A stretch of DNA of 64,000 nt from an uncultured Allomuricauda sp. (GCA_963677115.1 OY781874.1:2937618-3001617), one strand, 5' to 3'; positions 24,875 to 35,565 are shown, counted from the stretch's first letter. The notes: a model not told the origin generated them from the sequence alone. Numbers and translations are program-made.

Positions 24875-25032
24875 GAACGGACAATTAAAAAAATCTCTTT
24901 TTTGGGTATCATTTAAAACAAATCGTAACGGATTTTTGATTTATCCGTAAATGTGTAAGGTTTTTGATAAGTTCCGATTCTAAGGATGGAATTAATGTTT
25001 AGTTTTACGCTTTAATTTTTTTGAAACGACCG

Positions 25033-26925
25033 ATGGTAGAGACAGGACGCAAATATGTGTTCGATTTTGATAGTACGCTCACACGTGTTGAGGCGTTGGA
25101 TGTTTTAGCGGAAATGACCCTGCAAGGCAATCCTAAAAGGGACGAAATTGTGAAGGAAATCCAGAAAATCACCAATTTGGGGATTGATGGGGATATTTCT
25201 TTCACGGAATCTTTGGAACGAAGAATCCGCTTGTTGAACGCCAATAAAAGTGATTTGGAGGCTTTGGTGAAGGAACTACGTCAAAAAATCTCAAAATCGA
25301 TAGAGGCGAACAAGCAATTTTTTCATGAGTTCTCAGAAGATATTTATGTGATTTCCTGTGGTTTTAAAGAATTTATAGACCCCATTGTTGAAGAATACAA
25401 CATTCCATCCGATAGGGTATATGCCAACACCTTTACGTTTGATGCCGATGGAAATATCATCGGTTTTGACGAAACGAATGTTTTGGCCTCCCACAACGGA
25501 AAAATAGAATGTTTAAAAAACTTGGATTTGGAAGGTGAGGTCCAGGTAATAGGCGACGGTTATAGCGATTATGTAATGCGCGAGGCCGGAATAGCCCATA
25601 AATTTTTCGCTTACACCGAAAACGTGCATCGAGAAAAGGCGGCAAGCAATGCCGACCACGTTACACCGAATTTAGATGAATTTTTATATATAAACGATTT
25701 GCCAAGAAACTTATCATACCCCAAGAACAGAATCAAGATCCTTTTACTGGAAAATGTTCACACTGCAGCTTTTGACAATCTTTCGGAAGAAGGATTTTCA
25801 GTAGAGTTAATTAAGACCAGTCTCTCCGAAGATGAATTGATCGAGCGTATAAAAGGCGTTCATGTGTTGGGAATACGCTCCAAAACACAGGTCACCCAAA
25901 AAGTGCTGGATGCCGCTGATAAATTAATGGTTGTGGGCGCATTTTGTATTGGTACCACCCAAATAGACTTGGATTATAGTAAAAAGAAGGGTGTGGTGGT
26001 CTTCAATGCGCCTTATAGTAACACCCGTTCCGTGGTGGAACTTGCCATAGGACAAATCATTATGTTGATGCGCAGCATTTTTCCTCGTAGTACCGAGATC
26101 CATAATGGAGAGTGGAACAAGACCGCTGCGGGTTCTCAAGAGGTCCGTGGTAAAAATCTTGGTATCGTAGGTTACGGTAACATAGGTAAGCAAATGTCTG
26201 TTTTGGCAGAAGCCATGGGGATGAAAGTGTACTATTATGATGTGGATGATCAGTTGGCTATCGGAAACGCCATAAAATGTAATACCTTGGAAGATCTATT
26301 GAATGTTTCCGACGTGGTTACATTGCATGTTGATGACAATAAGGCCAATAAAAACTTCATTGGGGAGCGTGAGATCAACCAAATGAAGGATGGAGCCAAA
26401 CTTATTAACCTATCGAGGGGATTCGTGGTGGATATCGATGCGTTGGCATCTGCCTTAAAAAGTGGTAAATTGGGCGGTGCGGCCGTAGATGTTTATCCTT
26501 CAGAGCCACGTAGCAATGGTGAGTTCCAAACTCCTTTGCAAGGCCTTTCCAATGTGATACTTACCCCGCATATTGGAGGTAGTACCGAGGAGGCACAACG
26601 GGATATTGCGGATTTTGTGCCCAATAAAATTATGGATTACATCAATACCGGAAACACGGTTGATGCCGTGAACTTTCCAAATATAAGGTTGCCCAAACAG
26701 AACAAGGCGCATCGATTCCTGCACATTCACCGCAATGTTCCGGGCATTATGGCCAAGATCAATGAGATATTGGCTCAATACGGTCTCAATATTTCAGGTC
26801 AGTACCTTTCAACCGATAGTGAAGTAGGTTATGTAATCACTGATTTGGACAAAGAATACGACAAGGATGTGATCAAAGCCCTCAAAAAAATAGAGAATAC
26901 CATCAAGTTTAGGGTGCTTTACTAG
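25033..26925 (+). CDS. serA: Phosphoglycerate dehydrogenase with an N-terminal HAD phosphoserine-phosphatase-like domain and C-terminal ACT domain
   Basis: FDFDSTL and GDGYSD HAD motifs; GIRSKT, FCIGT, GIVGYGNIG, TPHIGGST..AQ; H.H.NVPG ACT domain. Confidence 0.9.
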   Translation: MVETGRKYVFDFDSTLTRVEALDVLAEMTLQGNPKRDEIVKEIQKITNLGIDGDISFTESLERRIRLLNANKSDLEALVKELRQKISKSIEANKQFFHEFSEDIYVISCGFKEFIDPIVEEYNIPSDRVYANTFTFDADGNIIGFDETNVLASHNGKIECLKNLDLEGEVQVIGDGYSDYVMREAGIAHKFFAYTENVHREKAASNADHVTPNLDEFLYINDLPRNLSYPKNRIKILLLENVHTAAFDNLSEEGFSVELIKTSLSEDELIERIKGVHVLGIRSKTQVTQKVLDAADKLMVVGAFCIGTTQIDLDYSKKKGVVVFNAPYSNTRSVVELAIGQIIMLMRSIFPRSTEIHNGEWNKTAAGSQEVRGKNLGIVGYGNIGKQMSVLAEAMGMKVYYYDVDDQLAIGNAIKCNTLEDLLNVSDVVTLHVDDNKANKNFIGEREINQMKDGAKLINLSRGFVVDIDALASALKSGKLGGAAVDVYPSEPRSNGEFQTPLQGLSNVILTPHIGGSTEEAQRDIADFVPNKIMDYINTGNTVDAVNFPNIRLPKQNKAHRFLHIHRNVPGIMAKINEILAQYGLNISGQYLSTDSEVGYVITDLDKEYDKDVIKALKKIENTIKFRVLY

Positions 26926-26949
26926 CCTCTAGTAGAGATAATGGGACAT

Positions 26950-27026
26950 AAGAATCAAGAGCCAAGACCGTAACTGGATAATCAAAGGTCTTTTATCTTG
27001 TCTCTTAGGGCGAAGCGGTCTTTTAT
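26950..27026. repeat. Inverted AAGA-heptamer arrays plus an 18-nt dispersed motif
   Basis: aagaatc-aagagcc-aagaccg, then the complementary gtcttttatcttgtctctt; ggcgaagcggtcttttat is 16/18 identical to 59125-59142. Confidence 0.5.
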
Positions 27027-27030
27027 TGGA

Positions 27031-27504
27031 CTACTGATGATGATAGGGTTCGTTCCGGAGAATGGTGAACCCTCTATAAATCTGTTCCACAATAAATAAT
27101 CGCACCATTTGGTGGGAAAAGGTCATTTTGGACAAACTTATTTTACCTGAGCTCTTGGCATAGACGGCATCACTAAATCCATAAGGACCTCCAATGACAA
27201 GGACAAGGTTTTTAATGCCGCTGTTCATCTTTTTTTGAAGAAACTGTGCAAAGTCCATCGAACTGTATTGCTTGCCCTTTTCATCCAGCAGTATCAAAGT
27301 GTCCGTGGGTTGCAATTGAGCTAGAATAAGCTCCCCCTCCTTATCCTTTTGTTGGGTTTCAGAAAGATTTTTTCGGTTTTTAATGTCAGGAATGATGTCA
27401 ATTTGAAACTTGATGTAATGCTTTAGCCGTTTCTCGTAAACGGTTATAAGTTCTTCAAGTTCAGACTTGTCGGTTTTTCCAATGGCGATTAAAGTAATCT
27501 GCAT
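27031..27504 (-). CDS. rlmH: 23S rRNA (pseudouridine1915-N3)-methyltransferase
   Basis: LDEKGK, IGGPYGF, LSKMTFSHQMVRL..EQIYR...I....PYH. Confidence 0.94.
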   Translation of the reverse strand: MQITLIAIGKTDKSELEELITVYEKRLKHYIKFQIDIIPDIKNRKNLSETQQKDKEGELILAQLQPTDTLILLDEKGKQYSSMDFAQFLQKKMNSGIKNLVLVIGGPYGFSDAVYAKSSGKISLSKMTFSHQMVRLFIVEQIYRGFTILRNEPYHHQ

Positions 27505-27596
27505 GCCCAAAAATAAACGTTTCAGCTTAAATTAAGGGTATGCAAGTCGTGGACAACGAACAATGTTTTTACTATTTTCGTTAAAAGCTCAATTGG

Positions 27597-28454
27597 ATGA
27601 TTTCCGAAGAACAATTTCAAAACGAACTGGATTTGATCATTGCCAATGCCGTAAGAGAAGACGTTGGTGATGGAGACCATAGCTCCTTGGCTTGCATTCC
27701 TGCGTCCGCACAAGGAAAGGCAAAACTTCTCGTAAAAGATGAAGGTGTGATCGCCGGAGTGGCATTTGCCAAAAAAGTATTCCATTATGTAGACCCTGGC
27801 CTGACCATGGAAATTTTGGTGGATGATGGCGCACAAGTGAAGTACGGGGATATTGTTTTTTATGTGGAGGGAAGCTCCCAGAGCATATTAAAAGCAGAGC
27901 GCTTGGTGCTAAATGCCATGCAGCGTATGAGTGCCATTGCCAGCAAGACTCAGGATTTTGTATCCCTACTGGATGGCACGGACACCAAGATTCTGGACAC
28001 GCGTAAAACCACCCCTGGAATTAGGGCCTTGGAAAAGTGGGCCGTCAAAATAGGGGGGGGCGAGAACCATAGGTTTGCCCTGTACGATATGATCATGCTC
28101 AAGGATAACCACATCGATTTTGCGGGCGGAATCACCAAGGCCATCCAAAAAACACAAGATTATTTAAAGAATAATGGGAAAGACCTAAAAATCATAGTGG
28201 AAGCCAGAAATTTGGACGAGGTCGAAGAAATACTGAAATCTGATGGCGTATATCGTATTCTATTGGATAATTTTGATTATGATGAAACCCGAGAAGCTGT
28301 CAAACGAATAGGGGATAAATGTCTAACAGAATCTTCGGGAGGAATAACCGAGGATACGATTCGAAAATATGCGGAATGTGGTGTCAACTATATTTCTTCG
28401 GGTGCACTTACCCATTCCGTTTACAATATGGATTTAAGTTTAAAAGCCGTTTAA
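27597..28454 (+). CDS. nadC: Quinolinate phosphoribosyltransferase
   Basis: EDVGDGD, DTRKTTPG.R, HRF.L.D..MLKDNH, LLDN, SGGI. Confidence 0.95.
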   Translation: MISEEQFQNELDLIIANAVREDVGDGDHSSLACIPASAQGKAKLLVKDEGVIAGVAFAKKVFHYVDPGLTMEILVDDGAQVKYGDIVFYVEGSSQSILKAERLVLNAMQRMSAIASKTQDFVSLLDGTDTKILDTRKTTPGIRALEKWAVKIGGGENHRFALYDMIMLKDNHIDFAGGITKAIQKTQDYLKNNGKDLKIIVEARNLDEVEEILKSDGVYRILLDNFDYDETREAVKRIGDKCLTESSGGITEDTIRKYAECGVNYISSGALTHSVYNMDLSLKAV

Positions 28455-29438
28455 ATGTCAGCAGGCATCGAAGAGCAGTTGGAAAAAATACCTGTCATCA
28501 GTTGGGTGGTCCGGTTGATGAAAAAGATAAAGCTGAAAGCTTTTGAAGGACTCTCTTTGTACGACCTCATTGAAATGTATTTGGTTGGAATCGTAAAGGG
28601 AACCCTTTCGGCAAGGGCCAGTTCCATTGCCTTTAGCCTGTTTTTGGCACTGTTTCCGTTGCTTATCTTTATGGTGACGCTGATTCCGTTTATTATTCCC
28701 TATGTTAGTGTGGGAAACGAGAATTTTGACGCCCAGTTTTTAGATTTTTTAGAATCTTTTTTACCTTCGGCAACGAGTGAGTACTTTGGGGAGATTTATC
28801 AGCAAATCAAGGATCAGAAGCAGGGGGGGTTATTGTCGTCTGCTTTTATTTTATCCATTTTTTTGGTGGCCAATGGGGTAAATGCCATTTTCGGGGGATT
28901 CGAAAATTCGTACCATGTGGAACTTACCCGTAATTTTTTCCGTCAGTATGCCTATGCACTTATGGTTGGGTTGATTCTTTCCATTTTATTGATCGTAGGG
29001 GCCGTTGCCTTTGTGTATTTCGAATTTTACATTGTGGAATATACCAGCGAGTATCTTGGAAGAAGACTGGTGGGCTACGATGTGGAAAAAGGGGATACGG
29101 TGGGCATACAAATCGCCAAAGTGTTGTTTTTCTTGTTTCTATCCTATTTAACAACCGCGATCCTGTACTATTTTGGAACGGCGGAAGGGAGAAATGCCCG
29201 CTTTTTTTCAGCGGGAGCCCTTATGACAACTCTATTGTTCTTGCTTACCTCTTATCTTTTTGGTATTTACGTGGATAAATTTGCCCGATATAATGAACTT
29301 TACGGGGCGTTGGGCGGATTATTGATCTTAATGGTGTTTATTTGGTTAAATTCGAATATCTTATTATTAGGTTTTGAACTGAACGCAACTTTAAATTCAT
29401 TAAAAAAACGACATGAAAGGCAGAAAAATGAGGAATAA
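28455..29438 (+). CDS. YihY/BrkB-family membrane protein
   Basis: AFSLFLALFP, YNELYGALGGLLILMVFIW. Confidence 0.88.
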   Translation: MSAGIEEQLEKIPVISWVVRLMKKIKLKAFEGLSLYDLIEMYLVGIVKGTLSARASSIAFSLFLALFPLLIFMVTLIPFIIPYVSVGNENFDAQFLDFLESFLPSATSEYFGEIYQQIKDQKQGGLLSSAFILSIFLVANGVNAIFGGFENSYHVELTRNFFRQYAYALMVGLILSILLIVGAVAFVYFEFYIVEYTSEYLGRRLVGYDVEKGDTVGIQIAKVLFFLFLSYLTTAILYYFGTAEGRNARFFSAGALMTTLLFLLTSYLFGIYVDKFARYNELYGALGGLLILMVFIWLNSNILLLGFELNATLNSLKKRHERQKNEE

Positions 29439-29862
29439 ATGGATCTATCCGCTGTGTTTTCTGCTATGCCAGATAACATGGTCCCAGACGGTTTTTGGAA
29501 AGTGGAAAACCATTGATGATAGAAATGGGGTGGAAAAGGCCATTATAGAGATCTACAAGGAAGATGGAATGCTGCACGCAAAAGTGGTCAAGATTTTGGA
29601 AGAGGGAAAAAAAGGTGCGCTTTGCACCAAATGCGATGGAGAGAAAAAGAACAAACCTATTCTCGGCATGACAATTATGGACGATTTCGAGGAACATAAA
29701 GATGGTGTTTACAAGGGCGACACCCTATTTGATCCCGAACAGGCAATGACCTTTCGGGGAAAGGTATGGCTGGATGAGGACAATGTGAATCGCCTGAAAG
29801 TAAGAGGGTATTTGGCATTTTTGCATCGAACCCAGACATGGCATAGGGTAGAAGAGAATTAG
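29428..29862 (+). CDS. DUF2147-family exported protein
   Basis: GKWKTID, PILGM, G...DP, LKVRGY.....RTQTW.R. Confidence 0.82.
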   Translation: MRNKWIYPLCFLLCQITWSQTVFGKWKTIDDRNGVEKAIIEIYKEDGMLHAKVVKILEEGKKGALCTKCDGEKKNKPILGMTIMDDFEEHKDGVYKGDTLFDPEQAMTFRGKVWLDEDNVNRLKVRGYLAFLHRTQTWHRVEEN

Positions 29863-29865
29863 GTT

Positions 29866-32325
29866 ATGGATTATTTTTTGGATGTTGTTCTTCCCATTCC
29901 TTTGGAAAGACTCTTCACGTATAAAATTACGCAGGGCGAAGCGGATTTTATCAAGGAAGGAATGCGCGTGGCCGTTCCTTTTGGAAAATCAAAAATTTAT
30001 ACTGCTTTGGCCTATAGAGTGCATCAAAACGCTCCTGATGCCTACGAACCCAAGGAAATATATCAAATTCTTGATGAGAAACCTGTTGTGACTCCAGTGC
30101 AGTTGAAGCATTGGGAATGGGTGGCCAAATATTACATGTGTACTTTGGGAGAAGTCATTAGGAGTGCCCTGCCTAGCGCTTTTATGTTGGAGAGCGAAAC
30201 ACTGATTTTGCCCAATAAAAATGCGGATGTGGATGAAGCGGAGCTTACCGATGACGAATTTTTAGTGTTCGAGGCCCTGCAGCATCAAACCGCCTTAAAA
30301 ATCTCCGAGGTCAGTGATATCGTTGACAAAAAAGGGGTGTTGAAGCTTATAAATATGTTGGTACAAAAGGGTGTGGTGCTCCAAAAAGAAGAACTGTACG
30401 AGCAATACAAGCCAAAACTGGTACGCTATGTGAAACTTTCGGAAAAATATACGGAGGAAGAACAATTGGCGGAACTGTTGAACGAACTTACCCGAGCGCC
30501 CAAGCAAAGCCAAGTAGTACTTTCTCTTTTTCAGCTAAAATCCAAAAAAGGAAACAAGCCTATTGCCATTGCCGAACTGGAAAATGAGAGCAGGGCTTCC
30601 CGAGCGGTCATAAAGTCGCTTATCGATAAAAATATTTTGGAAGAATACCACATCAGAAAGGATAGGGTGGATTTTGACGAGCGTTCGGAGGCATCACGCC
30701 ATATTGATTTAAATGAATATCAGCAGCAAGCTTTAGAGAGCATCAACAAAGGCTTCGCAGAAAAAAAACCAGTGCTTTTGCACGGCGTCACATCATCAGG
30801 AAAAACGGAGGTCTATGTGAAACTCATTCAAAAATGTTTGGATGAGGGGAAACAGGCGCTTTACTTGCTGCCAGAAATTGCATTGACTTCACAATTGATC
30901 AATCGACTGAGGCAATATTTCGGACATCAAGTATCTGTTTATCATTCAAAATACAGTATCCACGAAAGGGTGGAGGTGTGGAACAATGTGTTGGCGAATG
31001 CTGAAAAAGCCCAGATTGTAATCGGTGCACGGTCGTCCCTATTTCTTCCCTTTACCAATTTAGGTTTGGTGGTGGTTGATGAAGAACACGAAAGTTCTTT
31101 TAAACAGTTTGACCCTGCGCCACGATACCACGCCAGGGATGCTGCTGTGGTCTTGGCGGCACTTCATGGAGCAAATATTGTATTGGGGTCTGCTACCCCA
31201 AGTATAGAGAGTATGTACAATGCCAGAACAAAAAAGTATGGATATGCCTCCATTACCAATAGGTTCGGGGATGTATTGATGCCGGACATCAATTTGGTGG
31301 ATATCAAAGAGGCGACCCGTAAACGTAGGATTAAAGGGCATTTTTCGGAAATTTTGATCAAGGCCATAACAGAGGCGTTGGAGGAGGGGGAACAAATCAT
31401 TCTTTTTCAAAATAGAAGAGGTTTTGCCCCGGTGGTGGAATGCACAACCTGCGGACATGTGGCCCAATGTCCCAATTGCGATGTGAGTTTGACCTATCAT
31501 CAGCATAGAAATCAATTGCGTTGTCACTATTGCGGTTATCACATGGCTTTGCAGCAAGCTTGTTTGGCCTGTGGAAGTTCTACTTTGGATAACAAGGGGT
31601 TCGGTACGGAACAGGTTCAGCAGGAATTGGGGCAGTTGTTCCCTGATGTTTCGGTAGGGCGGATGGATTTGGACACCACAAGAGGTAAATATGCGTATGA
31701 AAAAATAATATCATCTTTTGAAAACCAAGAGATGGATATTTTGGTGGGCACCCAGATGGTGACCAAGGGGCTGGACTTTAGAAATGTGAGCTTGGTAGGC
31801 ATCATGAATGCGGATTCTATGCTCAACTTCCCCGATTTTAGGGCGCATGAGCGAAGTTTTCAAATGCTCACACAGGTTGCGGGTAGGGCAGGGCGTACGC
31901 AAAAACGAGGTAAGGTACTCATTCAGACCTATAACCCGTACCATCAGATTCTACAGCAGGTGACCACGAACAATTACGATAAAATGTTCGAAGAGCAGTT
32001 TTATGAAAGGGAGCAGTTCAAATACCCGCCTCTGGTAAGGCTTGTCAAGGTTACCCTAAAGGATAAGGATTTCAATAAATTGAACGAGGCCGCAGATTGG
32101 ATGGCGGGCTCGTTGCGGAATGTATTGGGCCCAAACATTCTTGGTCCCGAATATCCCCCTGTGGCTCGAATCAGAAGGGACTATTTAAAAAATATAATGG
32201 TCAAAATACCTCGGAAACAGCCTTTGGCACAAACAAAAAATAGCATTAAAAGAATTGAGAAATCTTTTAATGCTATTTCCAAGTATAAAAGTGTAAGACT
32301 GGTCTACAATGTGGACCACATATAA
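29866..32325 (+). CDS. priA: Primosomal protein N'
   Basis: GVTSSGKTEVY, DEEH, NRRGF, two CxxC pairs, GTQMV.KGLDF, QV.GRAGR. Confidence 0.95.
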   Translation: MDYFLDVVLPIPLERLFTYKITQGEADFIKEGMRVAVPFGKSKIYTALAYRVHQNAPDAYEPKEIYQILDEKPVVTPVQLKHWEWVAKYYMCTLGEVIRSALPSAFMLESETLILPNKNADVDEAELTDDEFLVFEALQHQTALKISEVSDIVDKKGVLKLINMLVQKGVVLQKEELYEQYKPKLVRYVKLSEKYTEEEQLAELLNELTRAPKQSQVVLSLFQLKSKKGNKPIAIAELENESRASRAVIKSLIDKNILEEYHIRKDRVDFDERSEASRHIDLNEYQQQALESINKGFAEKKPVLLHGVTSSGKTEVYVKLIQKCLDEGKQALYLLPEIALTSQLINRLRQYFGHQVSVYHSKYSIHERVEVWNNVLANAEKAQIVIGARSSLFLPFTNLGLVVVDEEHESSFKQFDPAPRYHARDAAVVLAALHGANIVLGSATPSIESMYNARTKKYGYASITNRFGDVLMPDINLVDIKEATRKRRIKGHFSEILIKAITEALEEGEQIILFQNRRGFAPVVECTTCGHVAQCPNCDVSLTYHQHRNQLRCHYCGYHMALQQACLACGSSTLDNKGFGTEQVQQELGQLFPDVSVGRMDLDTTRGKYAYEKIISSFENQEMDILVGTQMVTKGLDFRNVSLVGIMNADSMLNFPDFRAHERSFQMLTQVAGRAGRTQKRGKVLIQTYNPYHQILQQVTTNNYDKMFEEQFYEREQFKYPPLVRLVKVTLKDKDFNKLNEAADWMAGSLRNVLGPNILGPEYPPVARIRRDYLKNIMVKIPRKQPLAQTKNSIKRIEKSFNAISKYKSVRLVYNVDHI

Positions 32326-32331
32326 AAAGCA

Positions 32332-33024
32332 CTATACGTTTGCCAGCGCCTCGGCCAACTCAGTCTTTTTGTTTCTACTTAAAGGAATCTGTCTGCCCCC
32401 TACTTCAACATTCTTGCTGTTGAATTTCTCAATCTTCTCCAGATTCACAATGTATGATTTATGGATACGCAGAAATTTTTCGGCAGGCAACTGCTTTTCG
32501 AAAGATTTCATGGTGGAAAGTATTACAATATTGGCTTCATCTGTAACCAATTTAATGTAATCGCCCAAAGCTTCTATCCATTTAATATCGTTTAAGATAA
32601 CCTTACGCTTTTTAAGGTTGCTCTTCACAAAGATGTGCTCTTCGTCTTCATCAACACGGTTCATTTGCTCGTATTTGGCAACAGCTCTTTTCACGGAAGC
32701 TTCAAAACGGGCCAAGGTAATTGGTTTATGAAGATAATCGGTAACGTCGTAATCGAACGCTTTAAGTGCATAATCAGGCTTTCCTGTGATAAGGATGACC
32801 TGTGGTGGGTTCTCTAGGGCCTCTAAAAGATCGAAACCGCTGATAATCGGCATTTCAACATCTAAGAAGATAAGGTCTATCTCGTGGTTTTTCAGGCCAT
32901 TTTTGGCTTCGATAGCATTGCTGTATTCAGCAACCAAGGCTAGGTGTGGATGATTGTTGACCAACTTTGCAACGGCCATGCGCTGCATCGAAGAATCGTC
33001 TACAATTATACTTTTTAATTTCAT
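32332..33024 (-). CDS. LytTR-family response regulator
   Basis: Receiver domain (VDD, FLDVEMP, KP) plus FLRIHKSYIVN LytTR domain. Confidence 0.92.
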   Translation of the reverse strand: MKLKSIIVDDSSMQRMAVAKLVNNHPHLALVAEYSNAIEAKNGLKNHEIDLIFLDVEMPIISGFDLLEALENPPQVILITGKPDYALKAFDYDVTDYLHKPITLARFEASVKRAVAKYEQMNRVDEDEEHIFVKSNLKKRKVILNDIKWIEALGDYIKLVTDEANIVILSTMKSFEKQLPAEKFLRIHKSYIVNLEKIEKFNSKNVEVGGRQIPLSRNKKTELAEALANV

Positions 33025-33205
33025 AGAATGGGGTGATTTGTAGGGTTTTAAATCATCGGCAAATTACATAAAAAACCCGTTTAGGAGCAACAAAAGATGT
33101 AAACATGGTGTATTTTGTTGTGTAAATTGCCATATGTGTTATTTGAGTTTATTAGATTTTTTACTGTTGATAACTCATGTAGTTAAACGAAGTTTTTTTA
33201 CTTTT

Positions 33206-33237
33206 CTTGCAGGGTGAAAGAAATATTATTAATTTTG
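33206..33237 (+). promoter_or_regulatory. Bacteroidota housekeeping promoter of rpsF-rpsR-rplI
   Basis: cTTG, 20-nt spacer, TAATTTTG. Confidence 0.6.
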
Positions 33238-33260
33238 CGCTCCTTTAAAAATATATTATA

Positions 33261-33599
33261 ATGAACCATTACGAAACTGTTTTCATTTTGAATCCCGTTC
33301 TGTCTGAGACACAGATAGAGGAAACAGTCAAGAAATTCGAGGATTTCTTGATTAAGAATGGTGCCAAAATGGTCTCCAAAGAAGATTGGGGACTTAAAAA
33401 ATTGGCCTATCCCATTCAGCACAAGAAAAGTGGATTTTACCACTTGTTCGAATTCCAGGCACCAGGTGAGGCCATCAGCCCTTACGAGTTGGAATTTAGA
33501 AGAGATGAGCGCATTATGCGTTTCCTGACCGTTAAATTGGACAAGCATGCAATTGCTTGGGCGGAAAAAAGAAGAAACAAACTAAAAGCAAAGGCATAA
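33261..33599 (+). CDS. rpsF: 30S ribosomal protein S6
   Basis: [19 protein letters not shown]. Confidence 0.97.
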   Translation: MNHYETVFILNPVLSETQIEETVKKFEDFLIKNGAKMVSKEDWGLKKLAYPIQHKKSGFYHLFEFQAPGEAISPYELEFRRDERIMRFLTVKLDKHAIAWAEKRRNKLKAKA

Positions 33600-33603
33600 G
33601 GGT

Positions 33604-33900
33604 ATGGCATCTATTGAGCAACAAGCAAAATCGAAAAAAGACGGGGAAATCAGATATTTGACCCCGCTTAACATTGAGACCAGCAAACAAAAGAAGTATT
33701 GTAGGTTCAAGAAGTCAGGTATCAAGTATATTGATTACAAAGACCCGGATTTCTTGATGAAATTGGTGAACGAGCAAGGTAAATTGCTTCCAAGAAGACT
33801 TACAGGTACTTCCTTGAAATACCAAAGAAAAGTGGCGCAGGCCGTAAAACGTGCCCGTCACCTAGCGTTAATGCCGTATGTTGGCGATATGTTGAAATAA
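33604..33900 (+). CDS. rpsR: 30S ribosomal protein S18
   Basis: [28 protein letters not shown]. Confidence 0.97.
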   Translation: MASIEQQAKSKKDGEIRYLTPLNIETSKQKKYCRFKKSGIKYIDYKDPDFLMKLVNEQGKLLPRRLTGTSLKYQRKVAQAVKRARHLALMPYVGDMLK

Positions 33901-33913
33901 AAAACACCAGAGA

Positions 33914-34366
33914 ATGGAACTTATTCTAAAAGAAGATGTACAGGATTTGGGATTTAAGGATGATATCGTTACCGTAAAGAACGGTTACGGCAGAAACTTC
34001 CTAATCCCACAAGGTTTGGCCGATTTGGCTACACCATCCGCCAAAAAAGTTTTGGCCGAGAACCTTAAGCAAAGAGCTCACAAGGAGAAAAAAGTTATTG
34101 ACGAGGCTACTAAGATTGCCGATGCGTTGAAACAATTGGAAATCAAAATCGCCGCTAAGGCCGGTGCCGGAGATAAATTGTTCGGTTCTGTGACCAATAT
34201 CGACCTTGCTGCTGCTTTGGACAAAGAAGGACACCAAATCGACAGAAAATTCATCAATATCAAAGGTGGAGCTGTTAAAAGAGTTGGTCCTTACGAAGCG
34301 ATTATCAGATTGCATAGGGAAGTCGTAGTTGAATTCCCATTTGAAGTGGTTGCGGAAGCAAACTAA
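33914..34366 (+). CDS. rplI: 50S ribosomal protein L9
   Basis: VKNGYGRNFLIP, KLFGSV, LHREV. Confidence 0.97.
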   Translation: MELILKEDVQDLGFKDDIVTVKNGYGRNFLIPQGLADLATPSAKKVLAENLKQRAHKEKKVIDEATKIADALKQLEIKIAAKAGAGDKLFGSVTNIDLAAALDKEGHQIDRKFINIKGGAVKRVGPYEAIIRLHREVVVEFPFEVVAEAN

Positions 34367-34384
34367 ACTTCTAAACATATGGAA

Positions 34385-34417
34385 TAAAAAACCCGAGCAA
34401 TTTGCTCGGGTTTTTTT
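34385..34417. terminator. Bidirectional intrinsic terminator
   Basis: aaaaaacccgagca-att-tgctcgggttttttt between convergent genes. Confidence 0.85.
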
Positions 34418-34441
34418 ATGGTGATATTGATTAGACTGGCC

Positions 34442-34906
34442 TTACTGCTGTTTTTCCAAAGCTGCTCTTAACCGTCCCTGTAGTTCTGTATCACTTTGCA
34501 ATGCCATGGCAATGGTTTGGTACCTTTCCATGCTCAGGCCCTCATTGCCGATAATCTCTTCGATTTGCTGGGTGAAGCCTACCTGCATCTGCTGTATGTC
34601 GTTCATTAATTTTCCAAAGCGTTCCTTTTCCTCATCACTGGCATCTACCGTTTTTTCGGGAGAAGCGGCAGCTTGGTACATTTCGTTGAATCGGTTGGCC
34701 TCAAAACCACTTTCTTCAACGGTTTTCATTACTTTTTGCTGCGCTTCCATATTCACTTTTTGGATGTCTTGGAAAGCAGAAGCTATCTTGTTCAGTTCTG
34801 TATCGCTGACCTCTACCTGCTCTTGGGCGTTTATTTGGGAAAAAGCGGCCGCACCAATGGTTGCAATACAAACCATGAACGTTTTCATTGATTTCAAAAA
34901 TGTCAT
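34442..34906 (-). CDS. DUF4168-like exported protein
   Basis: Signal peptide; VSDTEL.K.A.A; GLSMERY..I...LQ.D..L. Confidence 0.72.
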   Translation of the reverse strand: MTFLKSMKTFMVCIATIGAAAFSQINAQEQVEVSDTELNKIASAFQDIQKVNMEAQQKVMKTVEESGFEANRFNEMYQAAASPEKTVDASDEEKERFGKLMNDIQQMQVGFTQQIEEIIGNEGLSMERYQTIAMALQSDTELQGRLRAALEKQQ

Positions 34907-35077
34907 TTTATCTTCTTTTTAATACATGTTAATTTCCGAAACTACAATATTTAAAAAGGCTTGCCAAACATTCAAGGTTAAGGTAAACTTAAAGCGAAGA
35001 CATCCAAACAATAGATTTGGTGGTTTTCTTGGCCTAAAAACGAAGGGGTTCTGACTTACCTTTTATATTTTTGCAGC

Positions 35078-35551
35078 ATGAAGTACAGACGACTGACAAA
35101 GGAGCAATTAGAGGAGCTCCATCCAGAATTCATCAACTTTTTGGCTACCCAGTCCATTACTGCGGAGGAGTGGGATGCCCTTAAAAAGGAAAAACCAGAG
35201 GTGGTCGAGGAAGAAATCGACGTTTTTAGTGATTTGATATGGGAAGGTGTCCTGAACAAGGTGGAATATCTTGAAAATGTTTCCGAAAGGCATATGCACC
35301 TGTTCCATTTAACGGATAAGGAAATGAAGTTGCTTTCCGTTAAAATCCTAAACCCGGAAATTGACCTAAGGACCGAGGTGGGCTTTGGCTGGTTCAAGCG
35401 TAATTACCAGTCCGATTTTGTAGAATATCTTACAGCCTCCAAGGCCTATGGAGAGGATAAGAACGTGGACAAGTTTGAAATCATCAAGCAAGGTGCCGTT
35501 ATCACCAAAGGGGCACTATACCGATGGTTTGAGCAGATCGTGGAACACTGA
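35078..35551 (+). CDS. Conserved hypothetical protein (DUF6495-like)
   Basis: MKYRRLTKEQLEELHPEFINFLA N-terminus recalled from Flavobacteriia. Confidence 0.68.
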   Translation: MKYRRLTKEQLEELHPEFINFLATQSITAEEWDALKKEKPEVVEEEIDVFSDLIWEGVLNKVEYLENVSERHMHLFHLTDKEMKLLSVKILNPEIDLRTEVGFGWFKRNYQSDFVEYLTASKAYGEDKNVDKFEIIKQGAVITKGALYRWFEQIVEH

Positions 35552-35565
35552 TTAGTGGTCAATAA

